Source of the DNA: Octopus bimaculoides
Lineage: Eukaryota
DNA length: 35,351 nt
NCBI RefSeq assembly: GCF_001194135.2
Contig: NC_069006.1
Span: 19,933,914-19,969,264, forward strand
Direction: 5' to 3'
The position numbers and the translations under genes were made by a program. The notes beneath the pieces are model-generated. The model saw nothing but the letters and a program-made list of their open reading frames with translations. It did no database searches and was not told the DNA's origin. This document shows, one piece after another, positions 11,010-21,899 of the stretch (the first letter of the stretch is position 1; every line of letters begins with the position of its first letter).

Positions 11010-11420
11010 AATTCTAGTCACACATCTTCTTATCTATCTATCTACTTATCTTTCCATCTATCTATATTTATCTTTCTCTTTATCTCTATGTATGCATCTA
11101 TCTCTTTTCATCTCTCTCTCTCACTATTTATCTAAGTACTGATCTTCCTCTTTCTCTCACTTTTTCTACCTATCTCTATATCTTTCTCTCTCTCTATTTC
11201 TATATACCTATACCACTTTGCTTCTCCCTTCTCCCTCTTTCTCTCTCTCTATATACATACATACATATTAATATATCAGTCTATTTCTATTTACCTATCT
11301 CTCTCTCTCAAATAGACAATGAGACAGTGACAGAGAGAGAGATATAGATATATATAGATAATTAGAATAGATAGATAGATACCAGCATAGAGAGACAAAG
11401 AGAGAGAGACAGAGAGACAA
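11010..11420. repeat. (TC)/(TCTA) followed by (GA)/(TAGA) low-complexity tract
   Basis: Seen directly. Confidence 0.85.
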
Positions 11421-12323
11421 ATAGACTTTGGAGTGAGATGATAAAGATGCTGTAATGATGAAGCTAAATTGAGACTGTCAGATGTCAGAAACTTCTACTA
11501 ACGATAAATACATAAATTAATACTAATAAATCTAAATGTGTCCTGCCCTGTTGAAGGAATAAATGTAAGATGAGTGATAATAATGTTATTATTTCATCAT
11601 CTACAAAATAAACATGCTGCTATACCAAGGTCTCGCCATCGTTCTGCTCTAAACTGGCTGGAACTGGTTGGCTTATCTGCCACACAAAAATGCTGTCAGG
11701 TTGGATATCTTATCACATCAATAAATTTACTTTCCTGTCATCAGTTATTTTCTACTTTCTTGACATAATTATATTTGCTTCTTAATGTGACTCATTGTGC
11801 TGAGATCATCGAGGGCTGGCTAGTCACGATGCAGTAATAGATTGCTGGACGTCCATTAGGAAACGGTAGAATGTTAGATGGCCATAGAAGAAAAGTGCTG
11901 GATGGCAGTGGTAATGGCAATGGATCAAGTACAAGGTGAATTCCAGAAGTTTTCTTTGTTCTGAGTTCAAACTCCGCCGAGGTGGACTTTATATTTTATC
12001 CTTTCTGGGTCGATATATCTCCTCNNNNNNNNNNATGCACTATAAAACAAAAAATGGACTATATACCTGTTGTAATTTGGTTATCTATATATAGTCCGAT
12101 GATATTTTGGAATTACAATAAAAGAATACTGAACGGTACTAAATCCATCTGCAAGGGGTTAAATGATTATGATAATATTGCAAAGAATGCAGCATAGACT
12201 AATCCTATGACCCAGTCTTCAGAAATGAAGCAATATCAATAATATAAAAATTTAAAAAAACACAAAGACAACTGAATTCCATAATTTTATTTACACAGGA
12301 TAAAAAAATATAATTCCAACTAA

Positions 12324-12523
12324 TTATCTATCAGGAAACATGTCTTCAGTGCTGGTGTTGTTATCTCCTATAACTTCCAAACACACAGAAGCATATTCAC
12401 TAAATATGGGTTCCTGCATGGCTGCTTCAATGGCATGGCTTATGTTATCTGATGAGTTTAATCTAATGAGCATGTCCCGTAGATGCCGGTTGCTGAGAAG
12501 CTCATGTAGTTTCTTAGATGTGT
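12324..12523 (-). CDS. ZNHIT3: ZNHIT3 terminal exon (conserved C-terminal domain)
   Basis: Acceptor cttttatttttcag, DTSKKLHELLSNRHLRDML...MQEPIFSEYASVCLEVIG...FPDR*. AATAAA on the minus strand at 12286-12291. Confidence 0.9.
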
Positions 12524-15500
12524 CTGAAAAATAAAAGATATTGATTTTAGCAACATTACAATAGAAACATGGTTGTGTGGTTAAAAAAAGTTCACTTTGC
12601 AACAATGAGAAATGTGCCACCAGGAATCGAACTCAGAACCTTATGATCACGAGTTGGATACCCTAGCCACTAAGCCATGCACCTTCACTGTGAAAGAGGA
12701 AGACCAAGGGAAACAGTGGAAGAAGTTAAGGAAAGCTGATCCCAAGAGGCTGAACATCACAAAGAAATTTTGAGATTAAATCATTTTTCCTACCAATGGT
12801 AGAAGGCCTGAAATTTGGGGGGGAAAGGGTGGGGGGTTAGTCGATTACATAGACCCCAGTGCTTGACTGATGCTTTATTTTAATGACCCCAAAAGGATAA
12901 AAGCTAAACTTGACCAGAGTGGGATTTGAACTCAGAATGTAATGAGTTGGGAAAAATGTTATCAAGCATTCTGTCCAATGCTCTAATGATTCTGTGCCAG
13001 TTCATCACCTTATTGAGATTAATTAATGATTTCAAATTTTGGCACAAGGCCAGCAATTCTGGGGGGAAGGGATAAATGAATTACATCAACCACAGTACTC
13101 AACTGGTACTTATTTTATCGACCCCTTAAAGAATGAAAGGCAAAGTCGACCTTGGCAGAATTTGAACTCAGAACATAAAGTCAAACAAAGTGCCCCTAAG
13201 CATTTTGCCCAGCATGCTAGTGAGTGTGCCAGCATGCCACCCTCAATTTGAGATTAACACATTAACAGCCACACACACCACTGGTGGTTTATTGTAAATT
13301 TCACGCAACCGCCATATGCACCACCAGTGGTACATTTTTATAATCTGAGTAAATATTTTATTCTGTATCTTTGACTTGGTTTCAAGAATGTTTAAATAAC
13401 ATGAGTGCTAAATATGGAAGTTTAATCATAAAATATTGCAAAAAAATTATATTTCCCAGTAATTAAACAGTATGCAATGTGACCGCATGAAATATGTGGC
13501 ATTACCAGTAAGTTCCAGTAATAGGCTGTGGCAGTTAATGTGTTAACCCCTTTGCATTTAAACTGGCCATGTCCGGCCAAAATATTCCCTGTTTCATGTT
13601 CAAATTGGCCAGATCTGACCTCACGTACCTACCCAAAAAAAATCTCATTTAAAACAATATACAATCACATCATTGAAATCTCAAAGCTACAAGGTAATAC
13701 TTGACTAATTCAAAGCATGTGAATAAACAAGCATTGCATTTGACAGAATAATTTGAATGCTAAAGGGTTAAAATAATAAAAACAACAAACCTAATTTCTT
13801 GAGCTGTGATGGTAACACTTGATCTTCTGTCATTCCTACATCTGTTGGATTATATCTACTGCTCTGTTCATCTGGATCATCTCTTCTGGAGTTAACGTTC
13901 GATCGGTCATCATCAGCTAAACTAACATCTAATTGATCATCTCTATCTATAACAGTCTTTCTTTGTTGAACTTCATTAGAATTTATTTCTCCTTCATCAG
14001 ATAAACTAACAACCTTTTGCTGTTCGTCTGCATTCAATTTAACATCCGCTGACACCCCCTTCTCTTCAGTAAGACTGTCGTTATTTCTTTCCTCATTTTC
14101 CAGTAAACTAACATTCGTTTTGGTTCTATTTTTACATTCATTAACATCCACTTTCCCATCTTCCAAGCTTTTAACATTCATTAACCCACAGTCAGTTGTA
14201 CTGACATTCATTTGTCCATCATCAACCACATTACAATTTATTTTCTCATTTTCACATTCTTTAACATTCATTTCTATGTCATCAGCTTTATTAACATTCA
14301 TTTCTCCATTACCCTTCAAATTAACATTCTCCTGGATATCCTCTACCAGTAAACAATCATTCCTTTCAATGTCTTCAGCAATATTACCATTTGTCTTCTT
14401 ACTAATATCCATTTCTCCAGCTTCAGATACACTATCATTCACAATACCATTTTCAGATTCTTTGGCATTCATCAGAATGCCTTCAGATTCATTAACAGTT
14501 ATCTGAACGTGTTCAGATTCTTTGGCATTCATCAGAATGCCTTCAGATTCATTAACAGTTATCTGAACGTGTTCAGATTCATTAACAGTTATCTGAATGT
14601 GTTCAGATTCTTTGGCATTCATCAGAATGCCTTCAGATTCATTAACAGTTATCTGAACGTGTTCAGATTCTTTGGCATTCATTAGAATGCCTTCAGATTC
14701 ATTAACAGTTATCTGAACGTGTTCAGATTCTTTGGCATTCATCAGAATGTCTTCAGATTCATTAACAGTTATCTGAACGTGTTCAGATTCTTTAGCAGTC
14801 ATCTGGCTGTCCTCAAATTCTTTAGCAGTCATTGGGGAGTCTTCAATCTCTTTAGCAGTCGTCTGGAAGTCTTCAGGCTCTTTAGCAGTCGTCTGGAAGT
14901 CTTCAGACTCTTTAGCAGTCGTCTGGAAGTCTTCAGGCTCTTTAGCAGTCGTCTGGAAGTCTTCAGGCTCTTTAGCAGTCGTCTGGATCTCTTCACTTTT
15001 TTTAGTTGTATTGTGGTTATCTTCAGATTCTTTAATCCCATTTTGTCCATTTTCTACATAAAAGAGAAAATAAAATTTAAAACTTTTGAGCCCACAAGAT
15101 TAGGGATGCTCAGCTGGAGAGGGCTGCAAGGGACGAGCCTGTGTGCAAGGGTAATCACGCTTTTGCTTAGCTTGACGTGTCATTGCGACCACAGGAAAAC
15201 AGCCAGGAGTCTCGGTCCCATGCTGTCCCCTATGTGAGCCCCAACGTTTGTAGATCCTTCTTTTAGCAGGAATCTGACAAGGATGGTATTTAAAGTATTG
15301 CAGGAACACAGTGTGATAGGGCTAGCTTGCTTAGAAACTGGTGAGGGTTGTAAACAGGAAGGACATCAGGCTGTAGAAAATCTACCTCAACAAATTCCGT
15401 CTGACCCATGCAAGCATGGAAAAGTGAACGTAAAAATGATGATGATGATGAAAACTTTGTCAACATCAGGAGCAGCGTTCACAGATGACGGAGTCTCTAT

Positions 15501-16885
15501 TTACAACTGGTTTCAAACCAGGCAACCCTAGAGAATAAGGGAGATAACTAATGGGAAATACAAAATGTTAGTAGCGTTGGACAGTGCGAGGAGGTGAGAG
15601 TGATGACAAAATGGTTAGCATTAGGAAGGGCATCCAGCTGTAGAGACCAGCCTTTCAGCTGATCACGTAATAACACCAAGTTCAAGATACACAAAGTTTA
15701 AAACAAAGACACAAACAACTCTACCTTGTGAAGTCACAGCAGAATTCTCCTTAGATTTTGAAGCACAGGATTCTGTAAAAGATTAAAAAAAAAGTGAAAG
15801 ATTTAGCGAGTCGGCTGCCCTAACCACTGGGCCATTGCGCCTCCACAATGCTTCATTTACAATTTACGTAATGTTTCAGCTGTTGGCAGTGAGAAGCTTT
15901 ACATACGCCTGGTATGTGTTTACAGAATTAAGTGTTTTACAGATACAATACAATGAGAGAAAAGGAAAAAACAAATGTTGTGAGTTTATTGAAGTGTTAT
16001 GTTTTAGTATGAATTAAACTCCAACAAGAAGAGAAACATAACTAACCTGGCAGAGAGAAGTGAATCTTATAACAGTTCAGGGAACAACTGAAATGGGAAA
16101 AAAATTGAAGATTTTGAAAATTAACAGTGATGATGAATACATGCTAGGCAAGACATAAGAGGAACAGTAAGGCATTGAGATATATGCACATGCATGTGTG
16201 TATGTATGTATGTACGTACGTGTTAGTGCCGTGGAGGCGCAATGGCCCAGTGGTTAGGGCAGCGGACTCGCGGTTTCGATTCCCAGACCGGGCATTGTGA
16301 GTGTTTATTGAGCGAAAACACCTAAAGCCCCACAAGGCTCCAGCAGGGGATGGTGGCGAACCCTGCTGTACTCTTCCACCATAACTTTCTCTCACTCTTA
16401 CTCCCTGTTTCTGTTGTGACTGTAATTCAAAGGGCCAACCTTGTCACACTCTGTGTCACGCTGAATATCCCCCGAGAACTACGTTAAGGGTACACGTGTC
16501 TGTAGAGTGCTCAGCCACTTGCACGTTAATTTCACGAGCAGGCTGTTCCATTGATCGGATCAACAGGAACCCTCGACGTCGTAAGCGACGGAGTGCCACA
16601 TAAAAAGCACTGAATCCATGCTGCAGAGTGGTTGGTGTTAGGAAGGACATCCAGCTGTAAAAATAGCAAGATGGAGGGAATGTCGATTCTACATGGGCAT
16701 AAACAAGAAAAGTAGGAGAATGGAGGCCGTAAAGACGAGCGAGAAGAAAAAACCCAAGAGTTACTGACATGGAACAAAAAGCTACAGTTATATCCCTTGC
16801 ATTAAATACTTCAGGTAACGGTAACCAGTGTTTATCCATGTAGCCTAACATTAGGTTCGATAACTCTGTGTAAAGACGATGCTGT

Positions 16886-16927
<42 letters not shown>

Positions 16928-17072
16928 CGATGAGAAACAACTACAGGAAACAAGAAAGTAATGGCAACTTACTATCTGATCAAACACTTGGGACATTTAT
17001 AAATGCTGATCTCCTTCAAACAGGATTCGCATTTATTTGGCTTCTTTGTAACTTTCCTCACTTTTGCAGCAT
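12324..17072 (-). CDS. ZNHIT3: Zinc finger HIT domain-containing protein 3 (Hit1/TRIP3, box C/D snoRNP assembly factor) with a large acidic repeat insertion; complement(join(12324..12523,13791..15053,15725..15772,16047..16087,16973..17072)), 5' exon(s) unresolved
   Basis: Spliced frame is open, with phases 1,2,1,1,1. N-terminal zf-HIT CESCLKEISIYKCPKCLIRYCSLNCYKIHFSLPESC. C-terminal DQVLPSQLKKLDTSKKLHELLSNRHLRDMLIRLNSSDNISHAIEAAMQEPIFSEYASVCLEVI resembles human ZNHIT3 as recalled ([30 protein letters not shown]...YMQEPLFVEFADCCLGIV). About 550 aa from these exons. Confidence 0.88.
13258..13542. mobile_element. piggyBac-type MITE (TTAA TSD, CACATTAAC.. TIR)
   Basis: TTAA|cacattaacagccaca ... 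tgtggcagttaatgtg|TTAA, TIRs 15/16 identical. Confidence 0.75.
13547..13767. mobile_element. piggyBac-type MITE (TTAA TSD, CCCTTT.GCATT TIR)
   Basis: TTAA|cccctttgcatt ... aatgctaaaggg|TTAA. A homologous copy lies at 32670-32891. Confidence 0.8.
13791..15053 (-). CDS. ZNHIT3: ZNHIT3 giant exon (1263 nt), acidic decamer-repeat linker ending in the conserved DQVLPSQLKKL
   Basis: Acceptor attttctcttttatgtag, no stops over 420 codons (in frame with ORF 13768..14832), donor G|GTTTGT. Confidence 0.82.
14461..15033 (-). repeat. Coding 30-bp minisatellite (about 19 units) with a 60-bp higher-order unit
   Basis: Plus-strand units tttagcagtcgtctggaagtcttcaggctc, and alternating tttggcattcatcagaatgccttcagattc / attaacagttatctgaacgtgttcagattc. 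They encode KEPEDFQTTA, KESEHVQITV and NESEGILMNA. Confidence 0.97.
15725..15772 (-). CDS. ZNHIT3: ZNHIT3 48-nt exon (ESCASKSKENSAVTSQ)
   Basis: Acceptor tttttttaatcttttacag, donor G|GTAGAG, phase 1-1; supplies the last Cys ligand candidate. Confidence 0.75.
16047..16087 (-). CDS. ZNHIT3: ZNHIT3 41-nt exon (YCSLNCYKIHFSLP)
   Basis: Acceptor ttttttcccatttcag, donor G|GTTAGT; completes the finger's C-x3-C-x3-H. Confidence 0.85.
16232..16600 (+). mobile_element. Full-length family C tRNA-derived SINE (heads also at 9779-9890 +, 10741-10800 +, 15809-15843 -)
   Basis: A-box-like tggcccagtggttagg and B-box-like ggtttcgattccc; near-identical heads at four sites. Confidence 0.85.
16973..17072 (-). 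CDS. ZNHIT3: ZNHIT3 exon, first half of zf-HIT
   Basis: Acceptor ttttcttgtttttag, (x)AAKVRKVTKKPNKCESCLKEISIYKCPKCLIR(Y), donor GTAAGT. Confidence 0.88.
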
Positions 17073-17342
17073 CTAAAAACAAGAAAAATAAAAAAAAAAT
17101 GAAATAATAAAGTCAGTATTACAAATATTTTCTCTCTCATCCACTCATCATACATGCACTGTAATTGTATACATATGTACGGACAACGTCCAAGGAATCC
17201 TTGACCGGTGCCTTCCGGCGATTACAGCCCCTGTCATTACATACGTATACAATTATATGCTTTAACTACAGCATTAGAGCTTTTTAGCTCTTATTTCTAG
17301 CAATGGAAGTGTTCTAACACCCTAATCACATTTAGTGACAAT

Positions 17343-17377
<35 letters not shown>

Positions 17378-17648
17378 CTTTGTGTTTAGCCCCAACCGCT
17401 TAACAACAGGAGTGTGTTTGTTTACATCGCTTTAACGTAGAGGTTCGGTAAAAGAGACCGTTAGAATACAGTACTAGACTTAAAACTAAGTACTAGGGGC
17501 GATTCGTTCGGCTACATTGCTCGAGACGGTATCCCAGCATAGCTGCAGTCCAATGACTCAAACAAGTGAACGATAGCACACACGCAAACACTCGCGCGCA
17601 CACACAGACGGATGACAAACTACAAAACGTTGAACAATCGACAATTAC

Positions 17649-17692
17649 TGTATGAGGGGAGGCAACTCCGTCGAATCTCGAGCTTTCGTATC
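17649..17692 (-). CDS. Possible upstream ZNHIT3 exon (44 nt)
   Basis: Acceptor aactaatttcctttag and donor ACA|GTAATT. It is phase-compatible with an ATG AAA TG|GTAAAA mini-exon at 20339-20332, giving MKWIRKLEIRRSCLPSYNAAKV. No homology support. Confidence 0.3.
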
Positions 17693-20339
17693 CTAAAGGA
17701 AATTAGTTATTTTGCAACGTTTGATGAATGCAATAAACACAATTTGAATATTTATTCAATTTGCATGTGATCCTATTAAGAATTATCTATAGATAGATAG
17801 ACAAATAGAGGGTGCGGTGAATATATTGTCGTCTTTACTTTTCATTATTAATAATAATATATACACTAGACTATTTTTACCGTCCAGCGAACAGTACATG
17901 GAATTACTCATCACAAGAATTTTGGAATGACTAACAAATTGTTGTGGTTAGCCAGTTGTAGAAAACCATGTCAAAACAGACAGGAGTTTGGCGCAGCCTT
18001 CCAGCTTGCCAGACCTGGTCAAACCGTCCAACCCATGCCAGCATGGACAGCAGACGTTAAATGATGATGATGATATATCCTTTTCTACTCTAGGCACAAG
18101 GCCCGAAAATTTTGGGGAGGGGACCAGTCGATTAGATCGACACCAGTACACAACTGGTACTTAATTTATCGACCCTGAAAAGATGCCCAAGGTGCCACAT
18201 AGTGGGACTGAACCTGGAACCATGTGGTTGGGAAGCAAGCTTCTTACCACACAGCCATTCCTGCACCTATATATATATATATATATATAATTTTATTTTA
18301 CTTGTTTCAGTCATATGACTGCAGCCATGCTGGAGCACTGCCTTAAAGGGTTTCAGTAACACAAATCAACCACCAGACTTATTCTTTGTAAGCCTAGTAC
18401 TTATAGTATTGGGCCCTTTTGCCGAACTGCTAATTTATGGGAACGTAAATACACCAATATTGGTTGTCTTGGGGCTGATATTTGTTCAACTAAAAGCGGT
18501 GCTCCAGCATGGCCACCGCCAAATAAAAGAATGAAAGAAGAATATATATGCCCCTTGACATGTTCAGTTAATCAGTCCTCAGAGTTTTCCTTTCTTTGTA
18601 CATTCTACAAGGCAACAAAGAGGAATCTATTGCCAATAAATTTTGAATCCATTCTCTCAATTGTTTTCATGCCATTGTTCATACGTGGCACAGCTTGGCG
18701 AAAATTACTGCTGTAATTAGGTGGTGTTGCCATGCGTGGACTTAGCAGCAGTCAGTTTCTGCTTATAAATGAGATTATCTCTCATCTATAGTTAGAAAGT
18801 GTTCTTTGTGACCTATATAATGTTAGGCCTGAACTTTATCACCTTCTGTTAACTATTTCAAACGGTTATATCACCACCGTCACCACCACCACCATCATCA
18901 TCATTATCTATGGCAGACGCAAACTGCAAAGAACCTGTTGTGTGTGTATGTGTGTGTTTATGTATCATCATCATCATTTAATGTCTGTTTTCCGGAGCTG
19001 ATCAGCTGAAGGGCTGGTATCTACAGCTGGATGCCCTTCCTAATGCTAACCATTCTACAGAGTGCACTGGGTGCTTTTTGAGTGGCACCAGCCTCACAAG
19101 CCAGCAAGATGCTCAGCTGGAGGGGGTTTCAAGGGACGAGCCTGTATGCAAGAGCAACCACACTTTTGCTTAGTTTGATGTGTTTTTTATAAGCACATAA
19201 ATAATATATTCACAGGTGTGGATGCGTGGTAAGAAACTTGCTTCTCAACCACATGGTCCAGTCCCACTTACGACACCTTGGGGAAGATGGACATTAAACG
19301 ATGATGATGGCAATGATGGTGTATAGGTTGGTCAGGACATCTAGGTCCCAAGTCGTCCTAGGCAAGGAAGAACATGTCTTAGACGGAGGTAAAGAATACA
19401 CACACCACCCGTTTTCGGCATAACAAAAACCCTAACCAGCGGGTGTACGTATTCTTTACCTTCGCCCATATCTCATTCAAATGTACGTGAGTGTGTGGTA
19501 TACAGTCTGCGGTGAAAGGTCCCGAAACAGCTATACAACTGCTTCACCACTTGATAAAACATCAACTCCTACATTTGGAGATGGAGAACAACAGCACTCT
19601 CAGCGCACAAGTGTTTGTATGCGGCTATAGAGACGTCTCGTGTATAAACACGTCATCAGTTTTGAAACACGTGTATTTGTATAAACACAGAAGACGTATG
19701 AGAATGCAGAGAAGTCCTGTGTTTAAACACACATGTCATCGCTATATTCATCAAATACACGTAAGTATATACATGTTCATATACACGTATGTTGGGTTAT
19801 AAACCGTAAACAAAACACAAATACCATATTATTTGTGACAGCTATTCCGAAAGTCCGCCTATATAAACACACACACATACCCAGGGGAAGCGTCGAATTA
19901 GCGGTCCTTCGAGCGTCGGTAGAATATTTTGCAGTATTTATTCCATCTGTTTGCCTTTCTAGTTAGTCCTCTAGTCGATTCTCTACCTATTCCTTCTTCT
20001 CTCTCTCTCTGGGCAGACCTGATGATGGGCTGGTCATCACTTGATCTAAAAATGCCCAAGATATACACCGTGTATCAGGACAGCATCTCCTATGACTCCG
20101 TCAGAAGTTAAGGGCCCGATGCCAAGACACAAAGCACACACATACATCCATATGGATTGCGTGTGTGCGTAAACGTGCGCGTGAGTAGTTATAGAAACGC
20201 CTAGTGTGTAAACATGTCGTCAATATTCAAACACAGGTGTGTCTACATCGAAGACAGGAAGAAAAACCCGATATGTCGTGCATACACATGCATCACACAC
20301 ACACAAGTCCAGTTCATTTAACTTTTTTTACCATTTCAT

Positions 20340-20560
20340 TTTTTTAATCGCCAATCAAAAACAACAGAAAATGGCGAGCGGAAATCAACGCCGAGAGCGA
20401 AAAACAAAAACGTTGCTGAATGGCTGGAATGGTTCCAGTTATATCTTGTTCGGTGAAGTGACGACTACAAGAATAACAGCAGTAAAAAGCGATCTGCCAG
20501 TGTGGGTCAAATCGTTGTGGTCTCCAATCAACAGCTGATGCAGGAAACTTCCGTAATGTA
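20340..20560. promoter_or_regulatory. CpG-enriched promoter-like segment, probably for ZNHIT3
   Basis: Two CCAAT boxes (about 20351 and 20524), YY1-type AAAATGGCG (20368-20376) and ETS ACTTCCG (about 20547). Confidence 0.4.
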
Positions 20561-21867
20561 ATTGGAATATTAATAAGTTTCAACACTCATCCATCTCCTA
20601 TACCCACTAATTCTGAAGTCATGGGGACAGAGTTCTTAGGTATCTTCTCTATGGGGGCCCTGTTAGAAGCATCCGTAATTACACTTTCCGACACGATTCC
20701 CAAACGTGACCAAAGGAAACTATAGGTATCCAATCATCCTGGTTTGGGTCTAGTCCTGGGTCACCTGCCGGTTACTTCGGTTCGGTTTGAAGAATTCGTC
20801 TTACGAATCTTTCCTGTTTTCAGAAAATTTTTGTGAATTTTTGTTCTATATGTGGGAATTCATACGATTATAAAAAAAAAATTAGTTTCTAATTTTTTAA
20901 ATCTTCCAAACAATAAATCCAGAAATTTTCTACTCCTTTTCCATTTTTTTTTTAAAGATCAGAGTTTAAAATACGGACTGTCCGAACTTTTTGTTTAAAT
21001 CGGAGCAAACGAGCACCCTTGGGTACATCATCATTCCATCAAATATGTTTATGAGGTGAAAAATATCGAAAAACATCAATGTGTCAGAATGACAAAGAAA
21101 AAGGACAGTATCAGGTGGTCATGAGATTTGCTAAAAATAACAGCTAAATCCCCCGTAAAATCACACACATTTTTTTTTTTTTTGTATAATCGTATGAATT
21201 CCCATGTGTAGAACACAACTTCGCAAACATTTTCTGAAAATCACAAAAACTAAAAATAGTTATGAATGGTTATATGGGGTGCTTGAACCAGAATTATACC
21301 CGGCTTTCTTCACACATGGTTTTTGTTTTTAAGATGTGTTTACAAAAAGATGCATCAAATGACAGGTTATAACATAGAATACAAGCAAAAGACATAAAGG
21401 AAAGGCTAAAAGACATGTTATATAACGAAAGTTATGTTAAAGTACGTTATAATATAAATAATTTAAAGCATTAAGGTCAGGCTGGAAATAGTTTAGGAGT
21501 TTCTTACACATGTTGACGGCTGACAGGAACTGAAGCTCTCAATCGGAAGTTAATAACATTAATGTCCTGCAGAAAATGAGTAATGACATCGTAGTTTGGC
21601 TAAAATAATCAGTTACGGTTGGCCATGCTGGGACACTAGCAGGAAGGGTTTTAGTCGAATAAATTTACCCCAATACTTTTTTTTTTTTTTTGAAAGCCTG
21701 CTACTTACTCTATCGGTTTCTTGGGCGGAACAGCTACGTTATGCTGAGAGACGTAAACAAACCAACACCTATTTTCAAGCAGTGTTGGGGGATAAACACG
21801 ATGGCACACGCACATATTAATACATACAGATATAGACACATGCAAATACATACATTGGATCTATCTA

Positions 21868-21899
<32 letters not shown>

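Noticed and set aside
14120-15237. Plus-strand ORFs 14120..14506 and 14719..15237, and the alternate minus ORF 14829..15050
   Set aside because: Shadow frames of the 30-bp coding repeat; only one frame joins the ZNHIT3 exons.
16232-16300. tRNA genes (also 9779, 10741, 12615-12690 minus, 33633-33700)
   Set aside because: A/B-box-like heads lack a closing acceptor stem and run into shared SINE bodies; multicopy and divergent.
19384-19736. Definite telomerase RNA or H/ACA scaRNA call
   Set aside because: Template-like and UGAG/ACA motifs are present, but there is no H box and no correct pseudoknot topology. Kept only as a low-confidence finding.
20013-20105. Box C/D snoRNA or hammerhead from CTGATGA/GTGATGA motifs
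   Set aside because: No appropriately placed downstream CTGA D box or GAAA core on either strand; only a short local inverted repeat.
19640-20215. Forkhead-site cluster (about five RTAAACA)
   Set aside because: The motifs adjoin (CA)n/(TA)n simple repeats in an AT-rich genome, so enrichment cannot be distinguished from composition.
20370-20538. Plus-strand ORF MASGNQRRERK... starting in AAAATGGCG
   Set aside because: 55 aa, no recognisable homology and no convincing donor; better explained as a YY1-type promoter motif.
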